Assembly: GCA_002269645.1 (NCBI GenBank)
Contig: NIVC01001195.1
Span: 248,001 to 312,000 of the forward strand
Reading direction: 5' to 3'
Source of the DNA: Macrostomum lignano
Lineage: Eukaryota
DNA length: 64,000 nucleotides
Below are positions 48,064 to 60,600 of the stretch, in pieces. A program made the translations under genes and the position numbers. Numbering within the stretch: position 1 is the stretch's first letter; the number at the start of each line of letters is the position of its first letter. The notes beneath the pieces were generated by a model. The model was given only the letters and a program-made list of their open reading frames with translations. It did not search any database and was not told the origin of the DNA.

Positions 48064-49538
48064 TGTTGTATCGATTATTTAAGGACTTCCAAGGCATTAT
48101 TAACGCTGATGCTCCTAATGTTTTGTGTCGTGTCATTCATAAAAGTTAACCTAATAGATAAAGTAAGGCAAGAGTTGTAAAATGCCTCTAATGTCAAATG
48201 ATTTATAGGAAGGGAATGGGGATGTCGATTCCCTAGGAAATTATCTTATTGGGAACCCCGGTGAAAAGAAAAAAATAAGTAAAAATGGCGGATAACTTAG
48301 ATCGTAAGTGGAATTTTTTAAACTTTGATTTAAGCTTTGTACTACATATTCAAGGTGTGCAAGGGTAAAAACTTTAAACAAAATTTTTTTAAAACTATTT
48401 GACAACGTGGCATCCCAAAATTGTGTCGGAAAGGTGCATTTGTCGGAATGCATGCTCAACAGCTACGCTCGTAAGATAATTAATGAATGAGACTGTTTTT
48501 ATAATCCAAATTTTTATTTCTTGCAGATATATGTAAATCACCATTTTGTCCTTGTCTAATAGGGAGTATATGTATGACACCCCCCTATGCGGCTATGCAT
48601 CAAGCCGTCAATGCAGACCAACACAGTAGTAAGTAAGGCTTCTTTTTCCTGACGGGTTTATTTCTACGTGCAATTTGCTTGATTGAATGACTAATAGTGA
48701 AAAAACAATCAAATGTGTGTTGTGTTTGAAATACATGTAATACATTGAAATAAGCAGTTATGCGGTAAAAGAGCATATAGACAGAGTTTCAATCAGCTTT
48801 CTGTGATTCATTTTCTTATTTTAATGGCAAAAATTAAGTTACAAATGCATTTTTAAATACTTTTTCTCCCCATGGTCCCCGGTCCAATTCCCCGGGGAGT
48901 ATTCCCCGACAAGCTCCCCGGGAGCACTCCCGGCCCCGGGGTCGACATCCCTAGAAGGGAAACTATGGGCATAAGTTCTGCAACACAAATACAAGTTGCT
49001 AAGCATTAATAGACGCACTGCAGTTGTGCAAAGTATCGATAAAATGTAATGGAATTGCTCGAATCACCAAGAGTCCCCAAGACCCATAAAACTGGAGAAA
49101 CTGGCAGGATATATAGCAGATACATGTAGCTAGGCCAGCCAGAATCAGAAGTGATGGGTGGGTGCCGGGTGGGTCAAGTGATCATGGGTTGGGTTCGACT
49201 TCGATTGTATTATTCCTTCTTAATCTTATGCAATTAATTGTACATTTGGTATGAAGTAACAGTAATTATCCTTGACCATGCTAATTTGCTAAAGAGTAAA
49301 GACAAGTCAAAGTCAAGTTAATAAAAATAGACACACACAGTGTAACAATAACAATGGTTTAGAGCCATTTTATAATAGCGGCGGAGCTCACTGAAGAACT
49401 AGATATAATACATAAGTAATCTACAATTTAATAAAACAAGTTTTCATATTAGTTTTGGTTATCAGTTTTGTTTTGCAAATTTAACGAATGTCTGCAATCA
49501 CCTAAATTTCAGCCTAGAAGTCAGTCAGCCCAAGCCAA

Positions 49539-49949
49539 ATGCCAAAACCAACTGACAAAGCCGCCACAACCGCCAAGTCTGCAAAGCAGAAGCCGCAGAA
49601 CAAGCAGGCTGTGAGGCGGATCGCCCACCTGCAGGCGGTGGCCAGGCTGCTGGCCGGGCAGGGCGGCCAGGCTGGCCAGATGCTGGCCAGGCAGCATGCC
49701 GAGGCCCTGTTCACCCTGGCCGAGAAGTCGCAGACCCGGCCGCCGCCGCTGCTTCGACGCGGCTTCTGCCGACGCTGCCGACTGCCGCTGGTTAGCGGCG
49801 TCACCGCAGAAATTCGCTGCCGACGGCGTCGGCGGCACCGGCGGATGGTTGGCGTGGTGACGTGCCGGCTGTGTCGGAGCTTCGCCACGTACGGGTTCCG
49901 CCAGTGCGACTGGATTCGGGCAGTGCTGCCGGGGCCGTCAGGGTCGTAA
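49539..49949 (+). CDS. RPP21: RNase P subunit Rpp21/Rpr2 family, 136 aa, single exon
   Basis: RRIAHLQAVA..LAEKSQTRPPPLLRRGFCRRCRLPLVSG..VTCRLC: two CxxC zinc-ribbon pairs typical of Rpr2. Confidence 0.85.
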   Translation: MPKPTDKAATTAKSAKQKPQNKQAVRRIAHLQAVARLLAGQGGQAGQMLARQHAEALFTLAEKSQTRPPPLLRRGFCRRCRLPLVSGVTAEIRCRRRRRHRRMVGVVTCRLCRSFATYGFRQCDWIRAVLPGPSGS

Positions 49950-50399
49950 CTCATCTGCGAGTCATCTGCAGTCCCGCGCCTGCATTGAACGTTTTGTGCA
50001 TTTTGGTTGGCTTAAAATCGTCCAATTCTGTGCAAAACTTTCCAACTTATTTTCCATACTACTGACTACTTTAGCTGCTAGTAGTAAGAGGAATTGACTC
50101 GCTACATTTGCATTTTTACGCTTAGCAGTTTGGAGTTAAGTTCGATGTTAAATTATCTGCTGTTGCTTGAATACACCGGTATTTTACCTGTATTGCTTGT
50201 TAATCAGGTAATGTTTTTGTATCTATTTCACACATTCTTTGTTTTTGTCACTAATTTTTAAAATGTAAACTGGTACCTTTAAACAGAAAATGTAAAGTAA
50301 ACCGGTGTCTTTAAGTGTGAACTGAAATTTAAACTTGTAACTTGAGTCATAAACTTCAATCAATGTAAAGTGATATCTTGAAACACAAAGTTTAAGGTA

Positions 50400-52070
50400 A
50401 ATTGGTATCTTGAAACACAAACTGCAAGGTAAACTGGTTTTTGGATCATAAACTGCAAGGTAAACTGGAATTTTATGTCATAAACTGCAAGATAAACTGG
50501 TATTTTGAGTCATAAACTGCAAGGTAAACTGGTATTTTGGGTCATCAACTGCAAGGTAAACTGGTATTTTGGGTCATAAACTGCAAGATAAACTGGTATT
50601 TTGAGTCATAAACTGCAAGGTAAACTGGTATTTTGGGTCATCAACTGCAAGGTAAACTGGTATTTTGGGTCATAAACTGCAAGATAAACTGGTATTTTGA
50701 GTCATAAACTTCAAGGTAAACTGGTACTTTGAGTCATAAACTGCAGGGTAAACTGGTATTTTGAGTCATAAACTGCAAGGTAAACTGATATTTTGGGTCA
50801 TAAACTGCAAGGTAAACTGGTATTTTGGGTCATAAACTGCAAGGTAAACTGGTATTTTGAGTCATCAACTGCAAGGTAAACTGGTATTTTGAGTCATCAA
50901 CTGCAAGGTAAACTGGTATTTTGAGTCATCAACTGCAAGGTAAACTGGTATTTTGAGTCATCAACTGCAAGGTAAACTGGTATTTTGAGTCATCAACTGC
51001 AAGGTAAACTGGTATTTTGAGTCATCAACTGCAAGGTAAACTGGTATTTTGAGTCATAAACTGCAAGGTAAACTGGTATTTTGAGTCATAAACTGCAAGA
51101 TAAACTGGTATTTTGAGTCATAAACTGCAAGGTAAACTGGTATTTTGGGTCATCAACTGCAAGGTAAACTGGTATTTTGGGTCATAAACTGCAAGATAAA
51201 CTGGTATTTTGAGTCATAAACTGCAAGGTAAACTGGTATTTTGGGTCATCAACTGCAAGGTAAACTGGTATTTTGGGTCATAAACTGCAAGATAAACTGG
51301 TATTTTGAGTCATAAACTTCAAGGTAAACTGGTACTTTGAGTCATAAACTGCAGGGTAAACTGGTATTTTGAGTCATAAACTGCAAGGTAAACTGATATT
51401 TTGGGTCATAAACTGCAAGGTAAACTGGTATTTTGGGTCATAAACTGCAAGGTAAACTGGTATTTTGAGTCATCAACTGCAAGGTAAACTGGTATTTTGA
51501 GTCATCAACTGCAAGGTAAACTGGTATTTTGAGTCATCAACTGCAAGGTAAACTGGTATTTTGAGTCATCAACTGCAAGGTAAACTGGTATTTTGAGTCA
51601 TCAACTGCAAGGTAAACTGGTATTTTGAGTCATCAACTGCAAGGTAAACTGGTATTTTGAGTCATAAACTGCAAGGTAAACTGGTATTTTGAGTCATCAA
51701 CTGCAAGGTAAACTGGTATTTTGAGTCATAAACTGCAAGGTAAACTGGTATTTTGAGTCATCAACTGCAAGGTAAACTGGTATTTTGAGTCATCAACTGC
51801 AAGGTAAACTGGTATTTTGAGTCATAAACTGCAAGGTAAACTGGTATTTTGAGTCATAAACTGCAAGGTAAACTGGTATTTTGAGTCATCAACTGCAAGG
51901 TAAACTGGTATTTTGAGTCATCAACTGCAAGGTAAACTGGTATTTTGAGTCATCAACTGCAAGGTAAACTGGTATTTTGAGTCATAAACTGCAAGGTAAA
52001 CTGGTATTTCGGGTCATAAACTGCAAGGTAAACTGGTATTTCAGGTCATAAACTGCAAGGTAAACTGGTG
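50400..52070. repeat. 32-nt minisatellite (~50 copies)
   Basis: unit taaactgcaaggtaaactggtattttgagtca. Confidence 0.97.
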
Positions 52071-52739
52071 ATTCCGCCACTCGTAAAGTCCAACTTGAAT
52101 TGACTTCAATGCAAAGCACAAAGTCTTTCTTATTTAGGCTTGGGCTGGCCTCGAAGCCAACGCACTGGGTAAGCCATTCCGTCTATCTTAGGAAATTTCT
52201 TTTGACTTTCCTTTAGTTTGCTTCGGGTCTGTCATGTATCGTACAAGAAAATGGAAGCCAATTAAAACTTTGTCGCAACCGCAATGAACTCCTCGAGGGC
52301 AGAGCTTGGTCCTGTTTGGGACACCGCATGCGGACCTGCATTGTTTATTGGCTAATGCTGCATCAAGGATTGGTGGAAGCTGCTTCCTGCGCCCCGCGGC
52401 CGAATGAAGTGAATTAAGCGAATCTGCAGGCCTCCCTGTGCCACCGGCTTTAATGCGTTCAAGAATTGCCGGCCGGGTTTCTTGCTCCCGCGATCCCCAA
52501 TGCTGAAGCTGCTTTGTATTTGCATCTCGTGCCTCGGAGCCTGGCTGCATTCCTTCGTCATTTACAGAACAGCAGAACTTACAGGGTGCAGGCGGCTGGG
52601 AGCTTCTGCTGGTTTTGCTCAAGGAGTCTTTAAAGCAAGCCTAATTAGATTTGAATTGGAAGTGTTGGAGATGCGCAGAGTGAATCATTTTTAAACAGCA
52701 ATTTTTCAGTTCCAAGACGCTTGTTAGGTCACTTGATAA

Positions 52740-53295
52740 ATTAGCAATCCAATCTATATTGTTAGGTCCCCAATTCGCTATAGATTAGCAATCCAGTCTC
52801 TATTGCTAGGTCCCCAATTCGCTATAGATTAGCAATCCAGTCTCTATTGCTAGGTCCCCAATTCGCTATAGATTAGCAATCCAGTCTCTATTGCTAGGTC
52901 CCCAATTCGCTATAGATTAGCAATCCAGTCTCTATTGCTAGGTCCCCAATTCGCTATAGATTAGCAATCCAGTCTCTATTGCTAGGTCCCCAATTCGCTA
53001 TAGATTAGCAATCCAATCTATATTGCTAGGTCCCCAATTCGCTATAGATTAGCAATCCAATCTCTATTGCTAGGTCCCCAATTCGCTATAGATTAGCAAT
53101 CCAGTCTCTATTGCTAGGTCCCCAATTCGCTATAGATTAGCAATCCAATCTCTATTGCTAGGTCCCCAATTCGCTATAGATTAGCAATCCAATCTCTATT
53201 GCTAGGTCCCCAATTCGCTATAGATTAGCAATCCAATCTCTATTGCTAGGTCCCCAATTCGCTATAGATTAGCAATCCAATCTCTATTGCTAGGT
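52740..53295. repeat. 44-nt minisatellite (~12 copies)
   Basis: unit tgctaggtccccaattcgctatagattagcaatccagtctctat. Confidence 0.97.
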
Positions 53296-54349
53296 TTGTT
53301 CGGCAGACGAAACTCTGTCGAATTCGGAAAGTTGTCAATTTTTGAGTGACAGACATCCGTCAGAGGTTGCCCCAGGATTCAGGCAGGAACTCAGCTGGAT
53401 TCTGTTTGCTCTGTTGAGTCGACTCCGATAAGTCACACCAAATACTCACTTCTCTGCCGCATGAGCAGCCTGCAATGATAGCTGCAGGCCTTTGCAGTGT
53501 TTCTTATGCCAGCAACTGCTCAAACCTGTGGGTTTCGGGTCTGGGAGGCCTGGAGCTGCCCTGAAGCCGCCATCTGGGGGAATCCTTATCCATTTCCCTG
53601 GCCCGCCAGCCATGGGGTAACGGGATCCCCGAGATCTGAGCTCCTAAAGCTCTCTCAAATGCAAACACAGCCGAGCATTCCTGAGCAAACAGCTCAGCTG
53701 GGCAGCAGCCACAGCTGTGACGACACGCAACACGGGAGCCAAGAGTGCACTTTTGGTGTCAGTTTCGAATTCAGCTATCGCGGCTATAGGATGAGGCAAT
53801 TTTATATAAAAACTGTTGAAACTGCTGCAGTGCAGGTCAGGTCGTACCCCTAAGATGCTATTTACATGTCGGTGGGTGATAGCGCTAAATTGTATTTTTC
53901 CGTACTGACGTGTCACCACTTTGGTCAGCATAAAAATCATTTTCCGCCTCTCCCCTGTCTCGGCGATCTCTGCACTGTCTCCAACAGGCAATTGAAACCA
54001 AAATTCTGCCGAGCTCTACCGCGAGCACTTGCAAGCAAATGCGCAGATCGCAGAGCAGACAGATTAGATAAGCCGCACCGCCCACCCCCTCCCTGAGTAA
54101 CCAAGCAAGATAAAAGCTGTTTCCGAACTGATAAGGGCTGCGCAGGGACACGAAGAGTGTTGAGAGCATTTTCATCAGCTCGCACAGATCCCCGAAGGTT
54201 TGTGTGCTCAGCTGGACTGAAACAAGCTTGCCTGCATACCCGGCACTGGGGATAGAGATCCCCCATCTTCCGGCTCAGGCAGTCTTCCTTCTGCAGGGTG
54301 TTTGTCCTCCGCTGCCCTGCCATTGGCTGCAGGCTGGGCCGCACCCACA

Positions 54350-54660
54350 TCGCTGAGCCAGCTGCTATTACCTGCTGCGCACGGCCTCAGCCAGCTGCTA
54401 TTACCTGCTGCGCCCGGCCTCAGCCAGCTGCTATTACCTGCTGCGCACGGCCTCAGCCAGCTGCTATTACCTGCTGCGCCCGGCCTCAGCCAGCTGCTAT
54501 CACCTGCTGCGCACGGCCTCAGCCAGCTGCTATCACCTGCTGCGCCCGGCCTCAGCCAGCTGCTATCACCTGCTGCGCACGGCCTCAGCCAGCTGCTATC
54601 ACCTGCTGCGCCCGGCCTCAGCCAGCTGCTATCACCTGCTGCGCCCGGCCTCAGCCAGCT
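54350..54660. repeat. 33-nt minisatellite
   Basis: unit cctcagccagctgctattacctgctgcgcacgg. Confidence 0.96.
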
Positions 54661-54677
54661 GACCCCTGACCGAAGCG

Positions 54678-55058
54678 ATGGGCCTGGCCTCCGAGGTTGA
54701 CGACTTCCTGCTGCACTCCAGCGGCAACACCCTGCAGCTCTGCACCTTCGCCATCCTGCTGCTGTTTCCTGGCGCCGCCGGCCTCTTCATCGTTGGCGGC
54801 GCCTTCCTGGCTGATGTACAACTGAGGGCCAAGTACTCCTGGCTGCTGCCCTGCTCCGTTGTCATGACGTGTCTGGGCGCCGCGCTGCTGGTTGTCGGAT
54901 CGACAGTCATCGCCAGGCTGTGCCGGTCGCACCGGAGGCAGCAGCGGCTGCGGATGAGCAGGCAGAGCGGCGCTGCTGCCGGCCACCGGCCGCTGGTGAC
55001 ACCTGCCGGGTGGCAGCAGTACCGAACTGTCCCCAGCAGCACCATTGTGCAGGTGTAG
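54678..55058 (+). CDS. Hypothetical 126-aa protein with two predicted TM helices and a basic cytoplasmic tail
   Basis: GC-rich codon usage like neighbouring exons. Hydrophobic segments CTFAILLLFPGAAGLFIVGGAFL and WLLPCSVVMTCLGAALLVVGSTVIA, followed by RLCRSHRRQQR. Confidence 0.65.
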   Translation: MGLASEVDDFLLHSSGNTLQLCTFAILLLFPGAAGLFIVGGAFLADVQLRAKYSWLLPCSVVMTCLGAALLVVGSTVIARLCRSHRRQQRLRMSRQSGAAAGHRPLVTPAGWQQYRTVPSSTIVQV

Positions 55059-55199
55059 CTGCTTCTCCTGGTGAGCAACATCACCCACCTGCTGCATTTC
55101 TGCTTCTATTAAGGCTGAAGCTGATCGACACAATGTACACGTGTAGAGGAGGCCTGTGTTTGCTTTATAGTTTTTCTTTTTCGTTATAATGTCCTATCT

Positions 55200-57640
55200 A
55201 GACTGTAAGTGTCACTCTTGATGTCACTCCCAGTGTCACTCCGACTGAAAATGGTCACTCCCAGTGTCACTCCAACTGAAAATGATCACTCCAACTGTAA
55301 ATGGTCACTCCCAGTGTCACTCCAACTGTAAATGGTCACTCCCAGTGTCACTCCAACTGAAAATGGTCACTCTGATCCCAGTGTCACTCCGACTGAAAAT
55401 GGTCACTCCGATCCCAGTGTCACTCCAACTGAAAATGGTCACTCCGATCTCAGTGTCACTACAACTGTAAATTGTCACTCACAGTGTCACTCCGACTGAA
55501 AATGGTCACTCTCAGTGTCACTCCAACTGAAAATGGTCACTCCCAGTGTCACTCCAACTGATAATGGTCAGTCGGTCACTCCCAGTGAAACTCCCAATAT
55601 CATTCTGTGTCACTCTGATTGAAACTCACAGTGTCACTCCAACTGAAGGGTTTAATGTCACTCCCTTTGAGTCCCCTCTGTGACTCCAGTAGTGGTACCG
55701 CAAGAGCTGCTTGTGCATGTACAGCAAGAGCGATAGACTGGAAATCCACATTTTTACTCTATCTTTTTCTTGTTCAGAATTCTGTAGTATTGGCTCCTGT
55801 ACACAAGTGGAAAGATTTTTAATTACTCGGAAATAATTTTGTCTGATTGTATAAAAAATGAAAACCATCCGCTGCTGAACTTTGATTGCTTTTGTTTAAG
55901 TTTTTTTAGATTCAAAAATCAATTTTTATTTAAAATAAACGTAACTGCAATGGCATTTGAACACGAGAGTTTTGTTTGCGTAGTTTGAAATTTGAGAGAT
56001 AAAAAATAGCAAATCTTTTAATGGAGATTGTCAATCAAAAAATGATTCTGACCGCAAACTACAATTTTCAGAAAAATACAAAATTAGAGTAATTGACGAG
56101 TCTGTATTTGAATATTTAGCAGTGCTGGCAGACACACCGTGACACAGTTCCTTGTTCACATCAAATCACGGGGACACAAATCATGAATCGTGTCAATTGA
56201 AGCTCAGTTGCAATTCATCTTCATTGTCCCAATTTCACTCTTTTCGCTCACTCTCTCTGTCTGAAATTGTCACTTCCAGTGTCTGCAATTGTCACTCCCA
56301 GTGTCTGCAATTGTCACTTCCAGTGTCTGCAATTGTCACTCCCAGTGTCTGCAATTGTCACTCCAGTGTCTGATGCAATTGTCACTCCCAGTGTTGCAAT
56401 TGGCACTCCCAGTGTTGCAATTGTCACTCCTAGTGTCTGCAATTGGCACTCCCAGTGTTGCAATTGTCACTCCTAGTGTCTAAAATTGTCACTCCCAGTG
56501 TCTGATGCAATTGTCACTCCCAGTGTCTGCAATTGTCACACCCAGTGTCTGTAACTGTCACACCCAGTGTCTGCAATTGTCACTCCCAGTGTCTGCAATT
56601 GTCACTCCCAGTGTCTGCAATTGTCACTCCTAGTGTCTGCAATTGTCGCTCCCATTTTCACTCCCAGTTTTACTAGCTACAATAGATAAATTGAAATCGT
56701 ATTAGAAAAAATAGTAAAAATGATCATACTACTTACTGTATTAAGTAACCATCTGCGGACACAAATTCATGTGCAATATGCATGCATTTAAACGGATATT
56801 CTCAGTGCTGAAATATTTCACAAGTGTGCAGTGACATTTACAATGTAGCTCAAAACTTGTCCAAGTAAAGTGAAAGTGTAAATTGCAATCCTTATTGCCG
56901 CAGCTTCAAATCTACCTACAAATTTCACTCAGGAGCACAACGGTTGTCACTCCCACTGTCATCCCTATTGTCACTCCCACTGTCATCCCTATTGTCACTC
57001 CCACTGTCATCCCTATTGTCACTCCCACTGTCATCCCTATTGTCACTCCCACTGTCATCCCTATTGTCACTCCCACTGTCATCCCTATTGTCACTCCCAC
57101 TGTCATCCCTATTGTCACTCCCACTGTCATCCCTATTGTCACTCCCACTGTCATCCCTATTGTCACTCCCACTGTCATCCCTATTGTCACTCCCACTGTC
57201 ATCCCTATTGTCACTCCCACTGTCATCCCTATTGTCACTCCCACTGTCATCCCTATTGTCACTCCCACTGTCATCCCTATTGTCACTCCCACTGTCATCC
57301 CTATTGTCACTCCCACTGTCATCCCTATTGTCACTCCCACTGTCATCCCTATTGTCACTCCCACTGTCATCCCTATTGTCACTCCCACTGTCATCCCTAT
57401 TGTCACTCCCACTGTCATCCCTATTGTCACTCCCACTGTCATCCCTATTGTCACTCCCACTGTCATCCCTATTGTCACTCCCACTGTCATCCCTATTGTC
57501 ACTCCCACTGTCATCCCTATTGTCACTCCCACTGTCATCCCTATTGTCACTCCCAATGCCATCCCATTGTCACTCCCACTGTCATCCCTATTGTCACTCC
57601 CAATGCCATCCCATTGTCACTCCCACTGTCACTCCCGATG
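55200..57640. repeat. Three related GTCACTCC-core minisatellites (55200-55690 ~31 nt; 56270-56650 22 nt; 56940-57640 24 nt)
   Basis: units gtcactcccagtgtcactccaactgaaaatg; tgcaattgtcactcccagtgtc; ttgtcactcccactgtcatcccta. Confidence 0.93.
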
Positions 57641-60600
57641 TCACTCGACCAGCCAGAAGGCTGCCACCGAGTCGAGCGGCACCGTCACGTCTTTCTCTTG
57701 CGGCCCGACAATGTCCTGCGACCCGTCCTCGGGCGCGAACCAGGGCCTCCACCGGCCGCTGGGGAAGTGCACCGTGCGGGATTTTGCGCCGGGCTCCAGC
57801 ACCGGGGCCGCCAGGATCGAACGGCCCAGCAGGAACTGGTCGGCGCTGCCCGGCCGGCCGTCCTTCAGCCACCACATCGGACGCAGCAGGGGGTCACCGT
57901 TGGCCAGAAGGTCAGCCAGAGCCGACTTCATGTTGTCGCGGAAGCGGGGTTCACTGCGGATGGCCAGCAGACGCCTGGAGATGTTCACCACCTCCTGTGG
58001 GTTAGGGAGATTAGCTAGATTAGCAATCCATTCTGTTCCAGCTCATCCCTGATCGGCTAGATTAGCAATCCATTTTGTTCCAGCTCATCCCTGATTGGCT
58101 AGATTAGCAATCCATTCTGTTCCAGCTCATCCCTGATTGGCTAGATTAGCAATTCATTTTGTTCCAACTATCACTTATTGGCTAGATTAGCAATCCATTC
58201 TGTTCCAGCTCATCACTGATTGGCTAGATTAGCAATCCATTCTGTTCCAGCTCCTCACTGATTGGCTAGATTAGCAATCCATTCTGTTCCAGCTCCTCAC
58301 TGATTGGCTAGATTAGCAATCCATTCTGTTCCAGCTCCTCACTGATTGGCTAGATTAGCTATCCATTCTGTTCCAGCTCATCACTGATTGGCTAGATTAG
58401 CAACCCCCCACTGACCTCATCGTAGTGCCATGGCGGCACAGACAGCTGCAGTGATGGCATGAGTACAGTTGCCTGCAGCCAGCGGATGTACAGCTCCCTG
58501 TCCGGGTAGCAGTTCCCGTCCAGGCCGTCCGGTCCTTCGCAGTAGGCGTTGCCGCCCACCATGTCGGGTAGATGAAAATTGTAGCCGATGAGACAATGCA
58601 GCAGGGCGGAGGTGACCATGGCTTTAAGTCCGTTGTCCAGGCCCCAGTGCGAGTCCTTGTCGATGGCGCGGACAGTCAGCGGCAGGTGCTGGGCGCGGAA
58701 GCCGACGCGGACCTCCTGGCGGCGCCGCAGGGGGTCGAGGCGGATGCCGAAGTCGGCCCAGGCGTTCGCGTACCAGCCGGGGTTGCTGCGGTTGTCGAAG
58801 CCGCGAAGGCGGGAGTTCTCGGGCAGCCAGTTGAACTCGCCGGCATCCAGCTTGAAGGAATCCACGCCGAAGTCCGTCTTGAGGAGTTGGAGCTCCTGCA
58901 TCAGGTACCTGTGGTGTCCGGGATTCAGCGATAAGCACTGATGGACTGGGGGAATTTCGCTCCTCTCTATTGAGGGAATATAATAACCCCATAGTACTTG
59001 TAGGTTCCAGTGTCTTATGGTAGTTTCTGGTGTCGTATGGTAGGTTGCGGTGTCTTATGGTTGGTTCCGGTGTCTTATGGTAGGCTTCGGTGTCTTATGG
59101 TAGGTTCCGGTGTCTCATGGTAGGTTCCGGTGTCTTATGGTAGGTTTCGGTGTCTTATGGTAGTTTCGGGTGTCTCATGGTAGGTTCCGGTGTCTTATAG
59201 TAGGCTTCGGTGTCTTATGGTAGGTTTCGGTGTCTTATGGTAGTTTCGGGTGTCTTGTGGTAGGTTTCGGTGTCTTATGGTAGGTTGCGGTGTCTTATGG
59301 CAGGTTTCGGTGTCTTATGGTAGTTTCTGGTGTCGTATGGTAGGTTTCGGTGTCTTATGGTAGTTTCAGGTGTCTTGTGGTAGGTTGCGGTGTCTTATGG
59401 TAGGTTTCGGTGTCTTTGGTAGGTTGCGGTGTCTTATGGTAGGTTTCGGTGTCTTATGGTAGTTTCGGGTGTCTCATGGTAGGTTGCGGTGTCTTATGGT
59501 AGGTTTCGGTGTCTTATGGTAGTTTCGGGTGTCTTGTGGTAGGTTTCGGTGTCTTATGGTAGGTTGCGGTGTCTTATGGCAGGTTTCGGTGTCTTATGGT
59601 AGTTTCTGGTGTCGTATGGTAGGTTTCGGTGTCTTATGGTAGTTTCAGGTGTCTTGTGGTAGGTTGCGGTGTCTTATGGTAGGTTTCGGTGTCTTTGGTA
59701 GTTTCTGGTGTCGTATGGTAGGTTTCGGTGTCTTATGGTAGTTTCGGGTGTCTTGTGGTAGGTTGCGGTGTCTTATGGTAGGTTCGGGTGTCTTAGGGTA
59801 GGTTTTGATGTCCTGTGCAGGATCTTCCAGCTCCTTTCTGAAGGCCTTCAAAGCCTGCCTGCGCCACTCACTTTGACCCTTCACCCTCCACATCCGTGAT
59901 GTCCACCATGGCCGCGCTGAGGTTCGCCCCGCGCCACCAGCTGGTGAAGGCGGGCTCGTCCAGCCGCGTCCTTGAGGTGAGCAGGAAGCTGCCGTTCCTC
60001 CTGGTCACCTGGGCTCCCGTGGCGAACGCCTCCGAGTCTTTGTTGACAAACGGGTGCACCCAGAGCGTCAGGTTGTAGCCCTGGTCGTGCACCCCCCTGA
60101 CCATGGCGGCCGGGTCGGGAAACCGAGCTGTGTCAAACACGTGGTCGCCGTAGTTCACCGTCCATTTGTCGTCGACTCCGAGCTGGGAGGCCGGCAAAGC
60201 ATTGGCGCTGATGTTGTGCGCGAACTCCAGCACCTGGGATTCGAGGGGCGGGCTGGGCCGCTGGTTTTTCAGTTGCTACCCAGTTGCTATGTACTCCAGT
60301 CACGATTTTGGGTCATGAAGATTGGGGTCACCGGGAAAAGGGCATTGAGATGAGGTCATCGGGAAAGGGGCATTGAGATGAGGTCACCGGGAAAGGGGCA
60401 TTGAGATGAGGTCACCGGGAAAGGGGCATTGAGATGAGGTCACCGGGAAAGGGGCATTGAGATGAGGTCATCGGGAAAGGGGCATTGAGATGAGGTCACC
60501 GGGAAAGGGGCATTGAGATGAGGTCACCGGGAAAGGGGCATTGAGATGAGGTCACCAGGAAAGGGGCATTGAGATGAGGTCACCGGGAAAGTGGCAATGA

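Noticed and set aside
48860-48955. Cluster of CCCCGGGG-type palindromes
   Set aside because: Short, with no consistent period, TIR or TSD that I could define, so I cannot support a call.
52188-54350. Possible minus-strand spliced gene (ORFs 52188-52622, 53644-53991, 53937-54350; donor-like GTAAGT/GTGAGT/GTATGC sites)
   Set aside because: I could not join the pieces into a stop-free frame and recognised no domain. It may be a lncRNA, UTR or TE remnant; RNA-seq would decide.
54651-55133. Antisense ORFs over real exons (also 62967-63500, 58572-58941, 3307-3909, 8109-8592)
   Set aside because: Shadow ORFs of GC-rich coding sequence on the opposite strand or in another frame.
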